64,000 nucleotides of DNA from a virus, in the IMG/VR virus record IMGVR_UViG_3300012156_000141, one strand, 5' to 3'. The notes under the pieces were generated by a model. That model saw only the letters and a program-made list of their open reading frames with translations. It made no database searches and was not told the DNA's origin. Shown in pieces: positions 11,901 through 20,757 of this stretch; position 1 is the stretch's first letter; the number at the start of each line of letters is the position of its first letter. The translations under genes were made by a program, and so were the position numbers.

Positions 11901-13452
11901 TAATGCTATAGGGAAAACATATAATTACTTAAAACCATTCTTTGATAATGATATGGATACTATTTATTCTGTTGTTATTGATAATGAAATAGATGGTGGA
12001 AGTGATAATGATATCACTACATTAAGTGCAAATGAATTATACGATAAGTCAGAAAATAGCTATTATTATGGAGTATCTGCTTATTTGCCATATGGAACCT
12101 ATATAATTGTTGAGAAACAGCCATCAGAAATCAATCTTGGCGATTTTGATAACAAACACTATAAAACCGATACACCAAAAGAAATCAGTTTGCCTATTGT
12201 TTATACTGCTGCAACTGATGAATTATATTCTTACTTTAATTATCAGACATCCGATACGCCTGAAAAGATGATTGAGAAATATCAAATCAGATTTAATGAA
12301 GAATGGGCTAATAATCATACCGACGATTTAAGAGGATATGTGATTCGGGCACATGGAAATAATGGAGATTTTGAAATCTACAAATATGGTTTTGATATGT
12401 ATAAATTAACTGATATAATTAGTTATAATTCCGGTTCATATAATTATAAAGGAATAGCCATAACACAAGATGTCTATGACCCTTTGAAGGATTACTATAA
12501 CTCTCCATTGGTAGATATGCTGGAAGCTGGTGGCAATGAAAACAGTCATTACTATGCTGATGATGTAAATGGAAGCAAAGAAACACCAAACGGAAAAGGG
12601 TATGGTAGTGATGAAATCGAAAAGAGATATCATTATGGTTCCATCTCTGAACATGCAGGTGAAAAGAATGGTACAAAGACCCTGACTGGTGTTCAAACCA
12701 TGTATGATGGCCAATATGCAACAGCGTTAGTGCCATGGTCAGTGACAGAGCCAATTGAATCAGATCAATATGATGTAGATGGATATCTTGGTTATGCAGA
12801 TATTGCATTCCACAATAGTTTCTATACTACAAAGTTTAGAATTGAAAAACTAGATTCAGAAACTGGTGAGAACATATTACATGATGGAGCAATCTTTGGT
12901 TTATATGCTGCTAGCAGATATACAGTACAAGCAGAAGTAGATGCGGCAATTGTTAAAGGTGCACCGGCAACAACCAAGATCGGTGATGTCAAATTCTATA
13001 CAGAAGATACAATGATTAATGGAACTTACGAGTTTTTAAAGGCTATGGGAGCTAAGAACATAACTTCAGTAAAACGAATTATGGGTGATAGAAATAATAG
13101 TTTTACAGGAACGGTACCTGCCGGAACACCAGTATGCGTAGAAAGTGAGCAAATTATACTCTATGATGAGACTGGTGCTAAAACGGGTGATATGACGGTC
13201 TATACAACAACTAATGATGTAGATATGGTAAACGAAAAGAATGATGACAAATCTTATAATGACCAGAACACAGGCTATTTTGTAACACCCGAGCCTATTG
13301 GTGCCGGCGTTTATGTGTTAGCCGAGCTAAAAGCTCCTATTGGTTATTCAAGAACGAAACCAATAGCAATTGAGGTTTATTCAGATGAAGTAACCTATTA
13401 TCTGAATGGAGACATGGAGTCAAGAATAACTGCTACTATTTATCAACAATAA
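5974..13452 (+). CDS. giant secreted adhesin, N-terminal half: putative thioester domain plus Cna-B/SpaA domains, no wall anchor
   Basis: Signal peptide; YFCAEPG...DAQVYLW thioester-like motifs; SpaA motifs IDLYKYDYETGKSLEG, LEGAVYGLFA, YYIKELSRSEGY, YVLAELKAPIGY; no LPxTG or TM tail. Confidence 0.85.
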   Translation: MINKIKLFLEHKKRPIAVMMACLLFVAAIIPSLVNTIEASAQTVRVMGRNKWTYGGKTRYQWVGSDDVTYFCAEPGVHNSNPGQKSEYSPGSTRGIYQSLDYHCKIAAMGYCYNNKLVSYKDAQVYLWNGCSGNAIIDAWAAQFIAEQSGTSVGGFSLPLHMYQSPELSRTDPIEIKLVNGNEFVAEIPLTSEQEDVFSDPGTLFSIEGYTNWTKIIENGKLKITFLGGTKPNLSSAMKITPSLIKATQYGLSNGKPTVYYIYQEGQDFITGNYIQIPAEYYLDFATDPMPVEVQDSECTAILHEEVFQTTYNIDLYKYDYETGKSLEGSEWNVLEAFDDGQDGIGDGHNGTVSLDLMNPQESSWDGYHTCAVNLRTDTNGYIKHTDIRSYYYAKTYCTGHPEPESTGDEEEDEDAMAEWEAQVAACEASTSFHSIEPGEGYQAMIADRDATYEAFINLEYQYTMQESNARIGYSKHDLHADDVRIPVVTIASSESGKQQKWANEYSDNIVSTGIYTPKYKDFTVGLSDDSSDGDDDDYNGEMEYFITDAIVIAISDSGKTIKVDNDGETLTFDISKANIDYDGLSKIEIGCYVDVNYVEQSGSDKHKALDIYAYGKMEPEYRNVSGYVKSVSGKKMVIEPDDGSSPTQYDFTQAYKNDEIYNDYTSSKIPTVGSYIVDMEYIYTGSGYQTVENMEFVPKKCLADAGYLLMPLMHVEGTFFTTTELIDKTYEQTLEETSEEKNFVSENDFDEVDEINVTSEIKGTVKRVSTKATDSNVTSISEDDFIFESDDDLETDIDDALATASNAVIMTYTADGEYLNVNNEAYPSSISRLNRNIAALSVSGENTNADITQYSSKENSPKAEPPDESNTILMTWKVYDHRFEGEIHINKRDLSLSTLEQKNGNFDAYAIANGDATLEGAVYGLFAAEDIIHPDGKTGAVFQTNDLVAVATTDRNGDASFMAFTESPGTTLDEKGNILPSQTSSTNIFDMNGYRDDYPDDDNLGRIYFDNINQNGNAWIGRPLICGEHNYYIKELSRSEGYELSVSGKDKNDTNFGSESTIDFALSGKAKFSPAPYWNNQVGSGDKLDTASVEFSVESINTKNGYTLSTKKYIEGTTFYFITHNYVDQPVEVEVGTKEVPITNKNGNPVYKTYNASDIKYDANGSPIYLIRTTTETEVRDNNNNLSIITGMSASDSAKYLFKDGTGSIINDPATGATTVPKIRKNQYASGGTVSVTIDPAKPLGDYSTVRSASMNILTGLGYLVTDDDGGFTTITLTGTTNQEFVNQIVNWYVQNPFWNAAEVEDVYLDIDGKYKAILLYDYAEVVSGNMKYYTWVYEESTGDLYYCAKYPVVGRNGINRGTYRTYIKFNSSEITPIYGLAGTIRSFSIDHMRRIPDGTQLVLGEDISKYIANEYYKKYDTYNGGEFVLDSNGNKIQETEFIPVYDTVITSVDNPTYTQIPAIWNEAKQSYEFVVSEADIAQYGFASDENIDWTRVEFKATSPEKYITINGSKMEYGQYLEYYGVMNLSVNKSQEQLEAEKASYIVYKQLPNGTQMVVKIDGDTGEAPIAVQERPIKQQIKIIKDIQVNEDGSYADDTYSAVHADNLSTNEYNRWLDKVPDWLSSLIGGNEPENTTAYVPDFRFKIYLKSNLERLYRDNDGNVVWMDRNGNTLSPEYKDLDGDGNYDTFVWKDVNDKVTDFPEEARISDERKIESSNVQKIYTKVEHNTGSKTVGDINNNVWTTYDDPQTDDIEHVGEKYGYSTSLFDSEGNAVLINDSLYSYNDKNINVNKTDRINKEQNIGYTRILESVDEIYNYSKFFDAIHVANIDKWDSDMISGTENYPGQNWFDTFDNQYQKEDENTSYKPFQWIREQLFGSTFDSASEYEAIHDNVNIENEKNTSVIAHKNSQASNAVRQFAIGWYLKDEVAKLLVNNGYDEDVAKTIIIESDGTVKVNEYAGVVDYSEEIYDIALYNAIGKTYNYLKPFFDNDMDTIYSVVIDNEIDGGSDNDITTLSANELYDKSENSYYYGVSAYLPYGTYIIVEKQPSEINLGDFDNKHYKTDTPKEISLPIVYTAATDELYSYFNYQTSDTPEKMIEKYQIRFNEEWANNHTDDLRGYVIRAHGNNGDFEIYKYGFDMYKLTDIISYNSGSYNYKGIAITQDVYDPLKDYYNSPLVDMLEAGGNENSHYYADDVNGSKETPNGKGYGSDEIEKRYHYGSISEHAGEKNGTKTLTGVQTMYDGQYATALVPWSVTEPIESDQYDVDGYLGYADIAFHNSFYTTKFRIEKLDSETGENILHDGAIFGLYAASRYTVQAEVDAAIVKGAPATTKIGDVKFYTEDTMINGTYEFLKAMGAKNITSVKRIMGDRNNSFTGTVPAGTPVCVESEQIILYDETGAKTGDMTVYTTTNDVDMVNEKNDDKSYNDQNTGYFVTPEPIGAGVYVLAELKAPIGYSRTKPIAIEVYSDEVTYYLNGDMESRITATIYQQ

Positions 13453-13478
13453 AAGAGAAGCCTTCGGGCTTCTTCTTT
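13451..13478. terminator. bidirectional intrinsic terminator
   Basis: AGAAGCC-TTCG-GGCTTCT between convergent genes. Confidence 0.8.
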
Positions 13479-13484
13479 ATAGCT

Positions 13485-14189
13485 TTAATATTCATCATCC
13501 CAACCCATTGACAGTTTTTCATCATCTGTCATTTCAACATAATCGTATTTATGTTCTTCATGATATTTTTTTTCTTCTTCCCACCATTTTTGTTCTCTAT
13601 ATTCTGCTTCCTGTTGTTTCATTTCCTGATATTTTATATCATCTAAATAATTTTTGCATTCTTTTGGTAGTTTTCCATATTTTGCAATATGAATACCAAT
13701 TGATTGATTTAGCTCTGGTCTGACATTATATGTTAGATTTTTTTCCTTAAAAAAAATGGTCATTGCATTTGCGGCAGCCATATTAAAATCCATATTTGGT
13801 CTCTTATTTAAAATAGATTCAATTTTAGGAGCAATGTCTTTTACTGATATGCATGCGGCCAAATCAAAATTGCTGCAAAAAAATTCAAACGTCAATTGTT
13901 TGTAGACATCATCCTCAATCGCCAAAAATCGTTCGTTTCCTTTTTTAACTAAGTATTTTCCTTTTTTTTCAATAACTAAGGAAAGACTCTTATTTGTCTC
14001 AATTAACTCTTTATTAATAATAATATAAAAATCCGATTTTCTATTAAATAAAAGTTTTTCTTCTTTAAGCAGTGGTTCATAAGTCAATATTTTTAGATTC
14101 GTTAGTTTATTATATGTATAACAGATTGAACTAAAAGTATTCATCTCAGAGCCAATGAATTCCTTTGCCATATCATCATAATCTTTCAT
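13485..14189 (-). CDS. hypothetical protein
   Basis: 234 aa, GGAGG RBS, TTGCAT-N16-TATAAT promoter at 14248-14221. Confidence 0.75.
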   Translation of the reverse strand: MKDYDDMAKEFIGSEMNTFSSICYTYNKLTNLKILTYEPLLKEEKLLFNRKSDFYIIINKELIETNKSLSLVIEKKGKYLVKKGNERFLAIEDDVYKQLTFEFFCSNFDLAACISVKDIAPKIESILNKRPNMDFNMAAANAMTIFFKEKNLTYNVRPELNQSIGIHIAKYGKLPKECKNYLDDIKYQEMKQQEAEYREQKWWEEEKKYHEEHKYDYVEMTDDEKLSMGWDDEY

Positions 14190-14441
14190 GGCTTAAAAAC
14201 ACCTCCAGTTTTTTCTTTAAATTATATCATGATTAAAGCCAAATGCAATATTATTTGCTAAAAATATTCATAAATTATAAATAATAATACAAAAATGATA
14301 TATAAAAGTCAAAACAGACATACTATAATCAGATTAAATATACATTATTCTTAAATAACAATGATAAATAAGGTTGTAAAAAAAAGGAAAATATGTTTAA
14401 ATAAAATGTAAAACTGATAATATGGGACTAGAGGAGTAAGC

Positions 14442-15920
14442 ATGGGAACGAATTTTTACTACACAATACTGGGTGTCCAGCCGGATGCCTCAAAAGATGA
14501 AATCGAAAAACAATATAGAAAGTTAATTAAACAATATCATCCGGATGGCGGAGTATCAAATGCTAATATGTTCAAATTGTTAACCGAAGCCAGAGAAACA
14601 CTGCTTGATGATGAAAAAAGACAACTGTATGATGAACAGCAAAAATTAGCGGAGGGTACCCAATATAGTAACGAGGGCGTCCAATACAGCGATGATGACC
14701 TATATGATGATAATTTATATGATTATGATAAAAACGACACATCAAAATCAAAAGGATATCGTTGGTCATGGCGGTCAAGTCTTTTTGAACGTTTTCGCTG
14801 TAAGTCATGGGCACAGGGAACAAGATATTTCCTGGATTGGGTAGACGATGCTCAAATGGCGATATTGCAGCTTGTCATGGTTCTTATATGCATGTGGATG
14901 TATCTTGGAGCAGAAGTTTTTGATGTAAAAAACATTAATTTGTCTTTGTATTGTATCTTGATTATATCTGTTGTATTTATTATTTTGGTTAAAAATTTGC
15001 ACAATGCTGTAAGTGCTCTATTTTTAATTTTAAAATTTGCTGCAATAGCAATATTGGCAACAGTTGTTGCTGGAATCATCATTTCGATTTTGCCTCTGTA
15101 TATAAAAACAAAATCAATTGTGTCAGCATTTGTATTATCTTGCACACCATTTATTTTTTTAGTATTAGATTTAATTAAAGTTTTCAAGTTAGTAAGAATA
15201 TCAAAAAAGATAAACCCTATAAGAAAATTTACAACTTATGTTGGCTTCGTGTGCAGTATTTTGCTTGTCGTCCTTTGTGCGGCTAATATTCCAATACTAA
15301 CTTCTTATGTGTATGAAGACGAGAGTCATACGGAAATAGTACTTAAAGCATCTGAAGAAAAAGCTGAATATTTAAAAGATATTAGTAAAAGAGATTGTCC
15401 AACTACATTGCCAAGTGATATTTCTATAATAGAAAGTGGTGCGGTCTCAAGGAATTGTGCAATCAAATCATTAACAACATACACAGTTATTGAAAATCAC
15501 GCAAAGAAACAGATTGAGGCTGATATTTATCTATATCTGTTCGAATACATGATAAAAGATGATGCTACAGATTACATGAATTATGTTGGAGAGATTAAAT
15601 TTGCAAAGAATAAAGACCTTTATGAGTATTGTGTTATTAGATATGTGCGAATGAATAACATTGATAGCTCCCTATATGAATCAATGCAAAGTGATAATAA
15701 TCACATTGGCCTTAAAATAGTGCCACAAAATAAAGAATACGAGAAAGGTTATTATATCGGTAAAACAGCTGTAAAAGCAGAAGTGGGCATACATAATTTC
15801 AGCAGTTCTGATGGTTATATTGGAATAAAAGTACCAAAAGGTTATTATGAATATAACCTAATAATAAATTTAGCTAATGGAGAGGATTGTATCGTAAATA
15901 TGAATGAATGCTTTAACTAA
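14442..15920 (+). CDS. DnaJ (J-domain) membrane protein
   Basis: N-terminal FYYTILGV...YRKLIKQYHPD...LLDDEKRQLYD followed by about six hydrophobic segments. Confidence 0.85.
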   Translation: MGTNFYYTILGVQPDASKDEIEKQYRKLIKQYHPDGGVSNANMFKLLTEARETLLDDEKRQLYDEQQKLAEGTQYSNEGVQYSDDDLYDDNLYDYDKNDTSKSKGYRWSWRSSLFERFRCKSWAQGTRYFLDWVDDAQMAILQLVMVLICMWMYLGAEVFDVKNINLSLYCILIISVVFIILVKNLHNAVSALFLILKFAAIAILATVVAGIIISILPLYIKTKSIVSAFVLSCTPFIFLVLDLIKVFKLVRISKKINPIRKFTTYVGFVCSILLVVLCAANIPILTSYVYEDESHTEIVLKASEEKAEYLKDISKRDCPTTLPSDISIIESGAVSRNCAIKSLTTYTVIENHAKKQIEADIYLYLFEYMIKDDATDYMNYVGEIKFAKNKDLYEYCVIRYVRMNNIDSSLYESMQSDNNHIGLKIVPQNKEYEKGYYIGKTAVKAEVGIHNFSSSDGYIGIKVPKGYYEYNLIINLANGEDCIVNMNECFN

Positions 15921-15992
15921 TGAAGAAGAGACTCTTATTGAGTCTTTTTTTGATACATAATATAGAGGTGAATACCAAAAAAGGAGAAGAAT

Positions 15993-16529
15993 ATGAATAA
16001 TGAATTTTTAGTTGAATGGAATGATGAATATTTGGATATCAGAATTGTTTCAGGCCCATTTGCTCCAACGGAACGGGAAAAATATCTCAAGGAAGAACTT
16101 ATTCGGCAGATAAAAGAAAACGAAGGTGTGTCAGATGCAGAAGCAGAGGTGATTTATAAAAATAAAAAGATGGTTACAGAAACTGAAGATAATGAAGTTG
16201 ACCTATATCCAGAAATTGGTTTACATATATGGACTGATGATTCAGGAGCATCTTATGTCTATAATTCCGGGTATGAAAGTCATTTAAAAGTTACTGAGTA
16301 TAATATTGAGCCTAAAATTGAAGTAGTCACACCAGCTGAAACGATAAAAGTAAAAAGAACATATGATGATGAATATCCAGGTGTTTCAGTATTATTAGAT
16401 AGCCCAGGTGAACCAGGAGCTATCTTTGAATATGACCCAGTAAGAAGTTGTTTTGTGATAAGAGTGTATTCTTTTGAAGATTCTGAAGGTGATCCGGCTC
16501 ATGTCATCGAATTAAAGAAAGAAGAATAG
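15993..16529 (+). CDS. hypothetical protein
   Basis: 178 aa acidic ORF, AAGGAG RBS. Confidence 0.75.
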   Translation: MNNEFLVEWNDEYLDIRIVSGPFAPTEREKYLKEELIRQIKENEGVSDAEAEVIYKNKKMVTETEDNEVDLYPEIGLHIWTDDSGASYVYNSGYESHLKVTEYNIEPKIEVVTPAETIKVKRTYDDEYPGVSVLLDSPGEPGAIFEYDPVRSCFVIRVYSFEDSEGDPAHVIELKKEE

Positions 16530-16588
16530 GATCTTAGTTTAGTATAAAAACTACATAATAATTAGAAAAATAAAATGGAGGAAAAGAA

Positions 16589-16987
16589 ATGAATAAATTA
16601 ATTGGATTTGGAAAAGTTGCTGTAATCAACTATGGTGGACATAGGTATCATTATGCCTTGTATGATGATGAAAATAAATATGGAGTAGGAGATGTAGTAC
16701 TTGTCTCTGGACGCTTAGAAGGTAGTTTGCTAAAAATTGAAAAAGTTCTTTCACAGGAAGAATCAAAACAACATTTTCCTAAAAACATTACAGAAGAAGT
16801 TATTGGGAAAATTGATATTTCGGCATATGAAAGTCGGTTAGCTAAAAGAAAAGAAGCAAAGGAGTTGAAACAAGAACTTGATAAAATGACTATTGAGATG
16901 GAAGAAATGCATAGATATGAGTTGTATGCTGCCCATAATCCCAAAATGCAGGAACTTCTTTACCAATACAAGAGTTTACTGACTTAA
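16589..16987 (+). CDS. hypothetical protein (phage-like)
   Basis: 132 aa, GGAGG RBS, terminator at about 16997-17023. Confidence 0.75.
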   Translation: MNKLIGFGKVAVINYGGHRYHYALYDDENKYGVGDVVLVSGRLEGSLLKIEKVLSQEESKQHFPKNITEEVIGKIDISAYESRLAKRKEAKELKQELDKMTIEMEEMHRYELYAAHNPKMQELLYQYKSLLT

Positions 16988-17097
16988 TAACATTAACAAA
17001 AGAGAGAATTATTCTCTCTTTTTTATTTTATATTTTATTAATAACAATAATCTTACATATTGTTGTTATCAAAGAAAAGTAGAGAGAGGTAATTGTT

Positions 17098-17529
17098 ATG
17101 TTAATAGTATTACTTGTGATTTGTTTGTTGACTTTTGGTTTAGGATTCTATTTGCAAAATTCTCCCAAGTTTGAGCATAATGATGACTGCGATATGCTTG
17201 GATTTACTTTGTCTCTAGTAGGTGGGTTATTAGCAATGATTGTTGTAATTATAATCTTGGTAATGATGGAAAAAGTGGTTTCATTATCTACAGTTGATTC
17301 TAAAATAAGTCTGTATGAATTGGCTAATCAAGAAATCGAAGATGAATTTGATGCTATTGTTGGCAATTACATGAGTTACGAAATGGAGTTTAATGCAAAA
17401 TTAAAGTCAGACGCCATGGTACAGCAGCAACTGGAATTATATAGAGATAACAAATCTAAAATTCTTGCATTAAATGAAGATAAAATTAATGGAAGAATTA
17501 CACGTTGGTGGTTGTATTTCGGAAAATAA
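17098..17529 (+). CDS. membrane protein
   Basis: Two N-terminal hydrophobic helices, C-terminal RWWLYFGK; GAGG RBS. Confidence 0.7.
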   Translation: MLIVLLVICLLTFGLGFYLQNSPKFEHNDDCDMLGFTLSLVGGLLAMIVVIIILVMMEKVVSLSTVDSKISLYELANQEIEDEFDAIVGNYMSYEMEFNAKLKSDAMVQQQLELYRDNKSKILALNEDKINGRITRWWLYFGK

Positions 17530-17573
17530 GCAATGCGGTTTGGCAAATTGATTTTCAGTTGGGAAAGAGAGAA

Positions 17574-17777
17574 ATGCAAATGAGTAACTTCATTAGGGAT
17601 TCAGGAGAACGTTGGAAAAGTATGGGATATTATTTAACAGAAAAAATGTATGTAAACGGTAAATCACGAAATGAAAGGAGAAACTTAACAAATGAAGAAA
17701 TGTGGAATCTGTTAGAAGATATAAGAAAAGAGTGCTTTACTAATTATGAAGAAATCTCAAAAGAATTAGGATGGTGA
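17574..17777 (+). CDS. small hypothetical protein
   Basis: Open frame in operon context; start uncertain (17574 or 17580). Confidence 0.5.
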   Translation: MQMSNFIRDSGERWKSMGYYLTEKMYVNGKSRNERRNLTNEEMWNLLEDIRKECFTNYEEISKELGW

Positions 17778-17809
17778 CAAATATATAAATCAAAAGGAGA
17801 AAATGAAAC

Positions 17810-17968
17810 ATGGAACAGATAGCAAAGACAATATTCTGGTATATATTATTGTCTCTTGTTTGGCAAGGGTTAGAGTTACTTATATACGGTGAGATAACAC
17901 CACGTACCGTTGATGATATTATGATGCTCTGCTTCCTACCGTTTATTTGGATAGCAGCGGGAAAGTAA
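17810..17968 (+). CDS. small membrane protein (52 aa, not in ORF track)
   Basis: MEQIAKTIFWYILLSLVWQGLELLIYGEITPRTVDDIMMLCFLPFIWIAAGK; AAGGAG upstream. Confidence 0.65.
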   Translation: MEQIAKTIFWYILLSLVWQGLELLIYGEITPRTVDDIMMLCFLPFIWIAAGK

Positions 17969-18051
17969 TTTTAGCTCAATAAAAGATTCACTTTAAATTA
18001 CAAAAAATTATGTGGTCGACTACTAAATGTCGGAGAATGGAGAATATTATT

Positions 18052-18444
18052 ATGAAAAAGAAATGTTTAGAAATGATAGCAATCATAACATTAGTAATTA
18101 TGTCGTTATTAATAGGATGTACCGATGCAGAAGTTGTGTCATCAAACATTAGCAAGGATGCGGATTCTTTTAAGGTGTTAAGGAAAATCACATTTATCAA
18201 TACAATGACCGATGAGGTTTTGTATACGGTGGAGGGTAATTTTTCCATCAAGGCGGATATGAGTGACAATCAACTGGAAATCACGGCCAAGGTCGGTGAA
18301 GATTCCTATGAAAAACACTTTCTAGGATTATCTCCAACTACAGTGTACATCGTGGAACAGACTAAATGGATTGAAGCAAATAAGTATCAATTTAAGATCA
18401 TAGTAAAGCCTAGCGCATTGATTCCTGACATTGATATTCAATAA
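18052..18444 (+). CDS. lipoprotein (phage-associated type)
   Basis: MKKK, hydrophobic stretch and LIGC lipobox. Confidence 0.75.
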   Translation: MKKKCLEMIAIITLVIMSLLIGCTDAEVVSSNISKDADSFKVLRKITFINTMTDEVLYTVEGNFSIKADMSDNQLEITAKVGEDSYEKHFLGLSPTTVYIVEQTKWIEANKYQFKIIVKPSALIPDIDIQ

Positions 18445-18869
18445 TTAGTAGAAAAGAACATGTGTATCCTTATTTTAAGTATCATAAATCAGGATTAAAC
18501 AATTTGATGGTGGCGAACGCTACTATGCCTATGTGGGCGAGATGCAGGTTAGGATAACAAACAAACTTTTCATAATATGCCTAGCGATAAAAAGCTGGAA
18601 ATAATCAAAAGCGAGCTAAACTCTGAAACACATAGTGCAACGACGAAGGTTGATCTGTTAATGATGCTTGATTGGATGTACTACGAAAATGTTGTCTGCA
18701 GGAAAAATTGACAACTTGCGTTTGGACTTCGATTGTATTATAATCCCAGGAAGAAGATAGCGGAGTGAGAAGGTCGCCAGGCGTTGATTGATCAATAAAG
18801 TCATACAGAAGCCGTGTGATGTCGAATATAAGAATTTCAACTAAATTAATTTTCAATAGGGAGGCAAAT

Positions 18870-19280
18870 ATGTTAGGAAAGCTTAAGGAAGTAAATGAAA
18901 GATTTGACGTGAAATGTCTTGAAAGAAAGAGTGTATACGATGGCTATTGTATTACCACAGATAAACATGATTTCCACATACTCATAGATAACGAACAGCA
19001 ATGCTGTGAAAGCTATGGTTATTTTTCCAGCGAGGACGATTTCAAATCGTTTATTGGAAAAGATTTGGTGGAAGTGTATCTTACTGATAAGGCGTTAAAT
19101 ACCATAAGAGTCGAAGAAATTGATGACGATTATGAGTATCGTGAGATTCAGTTTGTGAATTTCAAGTTTGCCAGTGGAGCAGTGTTGCAATTCGCCGTGT
19201 ATAACGCACACAATGGTTATTATGGTCATGATATTATTTTTGTGAAAGACAAAGAAATATTTTTCGAGGATACCTTATAA
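18870..19280 (+). CDS. hypothetical phage-like protein
   Basis: GGAGG RBS; QCCES and HNGYYGH motifs. Confidence 0.75.
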   Translation: MLGKLKEVNERFDVKCLERKSVYDGYCITTDKHDFHILIDNEQQCCESYGYFSSEDDFKSFIGKDLVEVYLTDKALNTIRVEEIDDDYEYREIQFVNFKFASGAVLQFAVYNAHNGYYGHDIIFVKDKEIFFEDTL

Positions 19281-19471
19281 GTTGAAATTGGAAAAATTAT
19301 CGAACTATCATAACGATAAAGATAAAAAGTTAATATTTCCAAGAATAGATTGAATTTTTTAAAGAAGTCTAAGGGCTTCTTTTTTTATGATCCAAACATC
19401 TGCTTCCGACCCTGTTTTTATGCCAGTAGCTAATCTAGCATACTATTGTAAAAGGTAAAAAGGAGATTTAT

Positions 19472-20044
19472 ATGGCAACTAGAATAGAGATTAAAAAAAT
19501 TTTAAAGGATTTGAATTTAACAGAAGCAGAAATGGAAGATCTATGGAAAGACCTGGCAAGCACAAATAAACTAGTTGAAAATTTACAGGCACAAAACATT
19601 TCTTGGAAAGAATTAAATGATAGTGTTATTAGACAAATTCCCACACAAAAGAAAAAGGATTTAGAAAGCATCAAAAAGAAAAATGAAGAAGCAGAGCAAA
19701 AAAGAATATACGAACAGAAAATAAAAGAAGAAAAAGAATATTATGCAAATCACTTTGAAGAGATTATGCTTAATAAGATTGTGGCAGGGACAAGGTTAAG
19801 TACTAGGGAGTTATCAGATATATTGGAATATGAAATTGAATCCGAACGAGAATATGGCGAAAACCGTCGTTGGAGCAGAAGTGTTAGTTCAATAATAAAA
19901 CTGTTAGATCGGTATTTTTACCTGAATTGGGAAGAAGGATTAACGGAAATGCAAGAAAATAAATTTTATGACCAGCCATACGAAGTAAAAAAGCATACAT
20001 ATGAAAAGACAATCATAGTAACAGAATGGAGAGAAAAAGACTAA
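19472..20044 (+). CDS. hypothetical protein
   Basis: 190 aa, AAGGAG RBS, CATACTA motif. Confidence 0.75.
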   Translation: MATRIEIKKILKDLNLTEAEMEDLWKDLASTNKLVENLQAQNISWKELNDSVIRQIPTQKKKDLESIKKKNEEAEQKRIYEQKIKEEKEYYANHFEEIMLNKIVAGTRLSTRELSDILEYEIESEREYGENRRWSRSVSSIIKLLDRYFYLNWEEGLTEMQENKFYDQPYEVKKHTYEKTIIVTEWREKD

Positions 20045-20152
20045 TTATAAATCAATTATATATATCATGCAGATCCAGAAGACGGTTTCATGAGCAGACA
20101 AATGAGTTAATGAAAATGTTTGCTTGATTCCTATGTTGACGAGGTAAGTTGA

Positions 20153-20356
20153 ATGAGTAAACAAACTGAAATAATAAATATGCTGCGACAAGATACTGGC
20201 TGCTCCAGGCAATTAGCTAGCCAAGCGTTTCGTTATGCATTTGAGAAGAAGGTTGCTGATTATGATTTAATGATCGCCTATATTCGAGCAAAATCTTTAG
20301 CTGTAAAAACATATGGTACCCTCGATGAACGAGTAAATGATTTTTATAAGCAATAA
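20153..20356 (+). CDS. small protein resembling the EF-Ts N-terminal UBA-like domain
   Basis: INMLRQDTGCS...SQAF...DLMIAYIRAK compared with EF-Ts VKELRxxTGAG...KKAL...AIEYLRxK; GAGG RBS. Confidence 0.45.
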   Translation: MSKQTEIINMLRQDTGCSRQLASQAFRYAFEKKVADYDLMIAYIRAKSLAVKTYGTLDERVNDFYKQ

Positions 20357-20757
20357 AAAGAAGGATTAACCTTCTTTTTGTTTTCAAAGTTGATACTGGT
20401 TTTGCCAGAACCATTCCAATTAAATTCCATATGAAGCTCTTCTTTTGTACCAAATATTTTCTTGATTGGTTTTGGAAATTTACATAAGTTATGTTGGAAA
20501 ATTGTAGAAGTAAATATCTCACAATATGGGCTGCAAGATATGGGCGTATAGAAGTCGTTGAATATTTGGAGAATCAAGTCAAAAAAATCAAACATTGATG
20601 ATTCTAATGTTCCATTAAACATGTAAAATAGAAATTTAGTTTCTATATAATTTATCGAAAACAAAAAGAGGTCTTTGGACTTCTTTTTACTTTTTAATCT
20701 TTTAAAGACTATCAAATTCTCACATACTTATTTTATAAAAGCAAAAAGGAGAAAAGA

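Noticed and set aside
18500-18830. Possible ncRNA between the lipoprotein gene and 18870
   Set aside because: Reads better as a decayed small ORF (MPSDKKLEIIKSELNSETHSATTKVDLLMMLDW...), and I found no convincing stem architecture.
20344-20715. 123-aa minus-strand ORF
   Set aside because: No RBS at the start, it runs through terminator-like hairpins and has no recognisable motif; at most a remnant.
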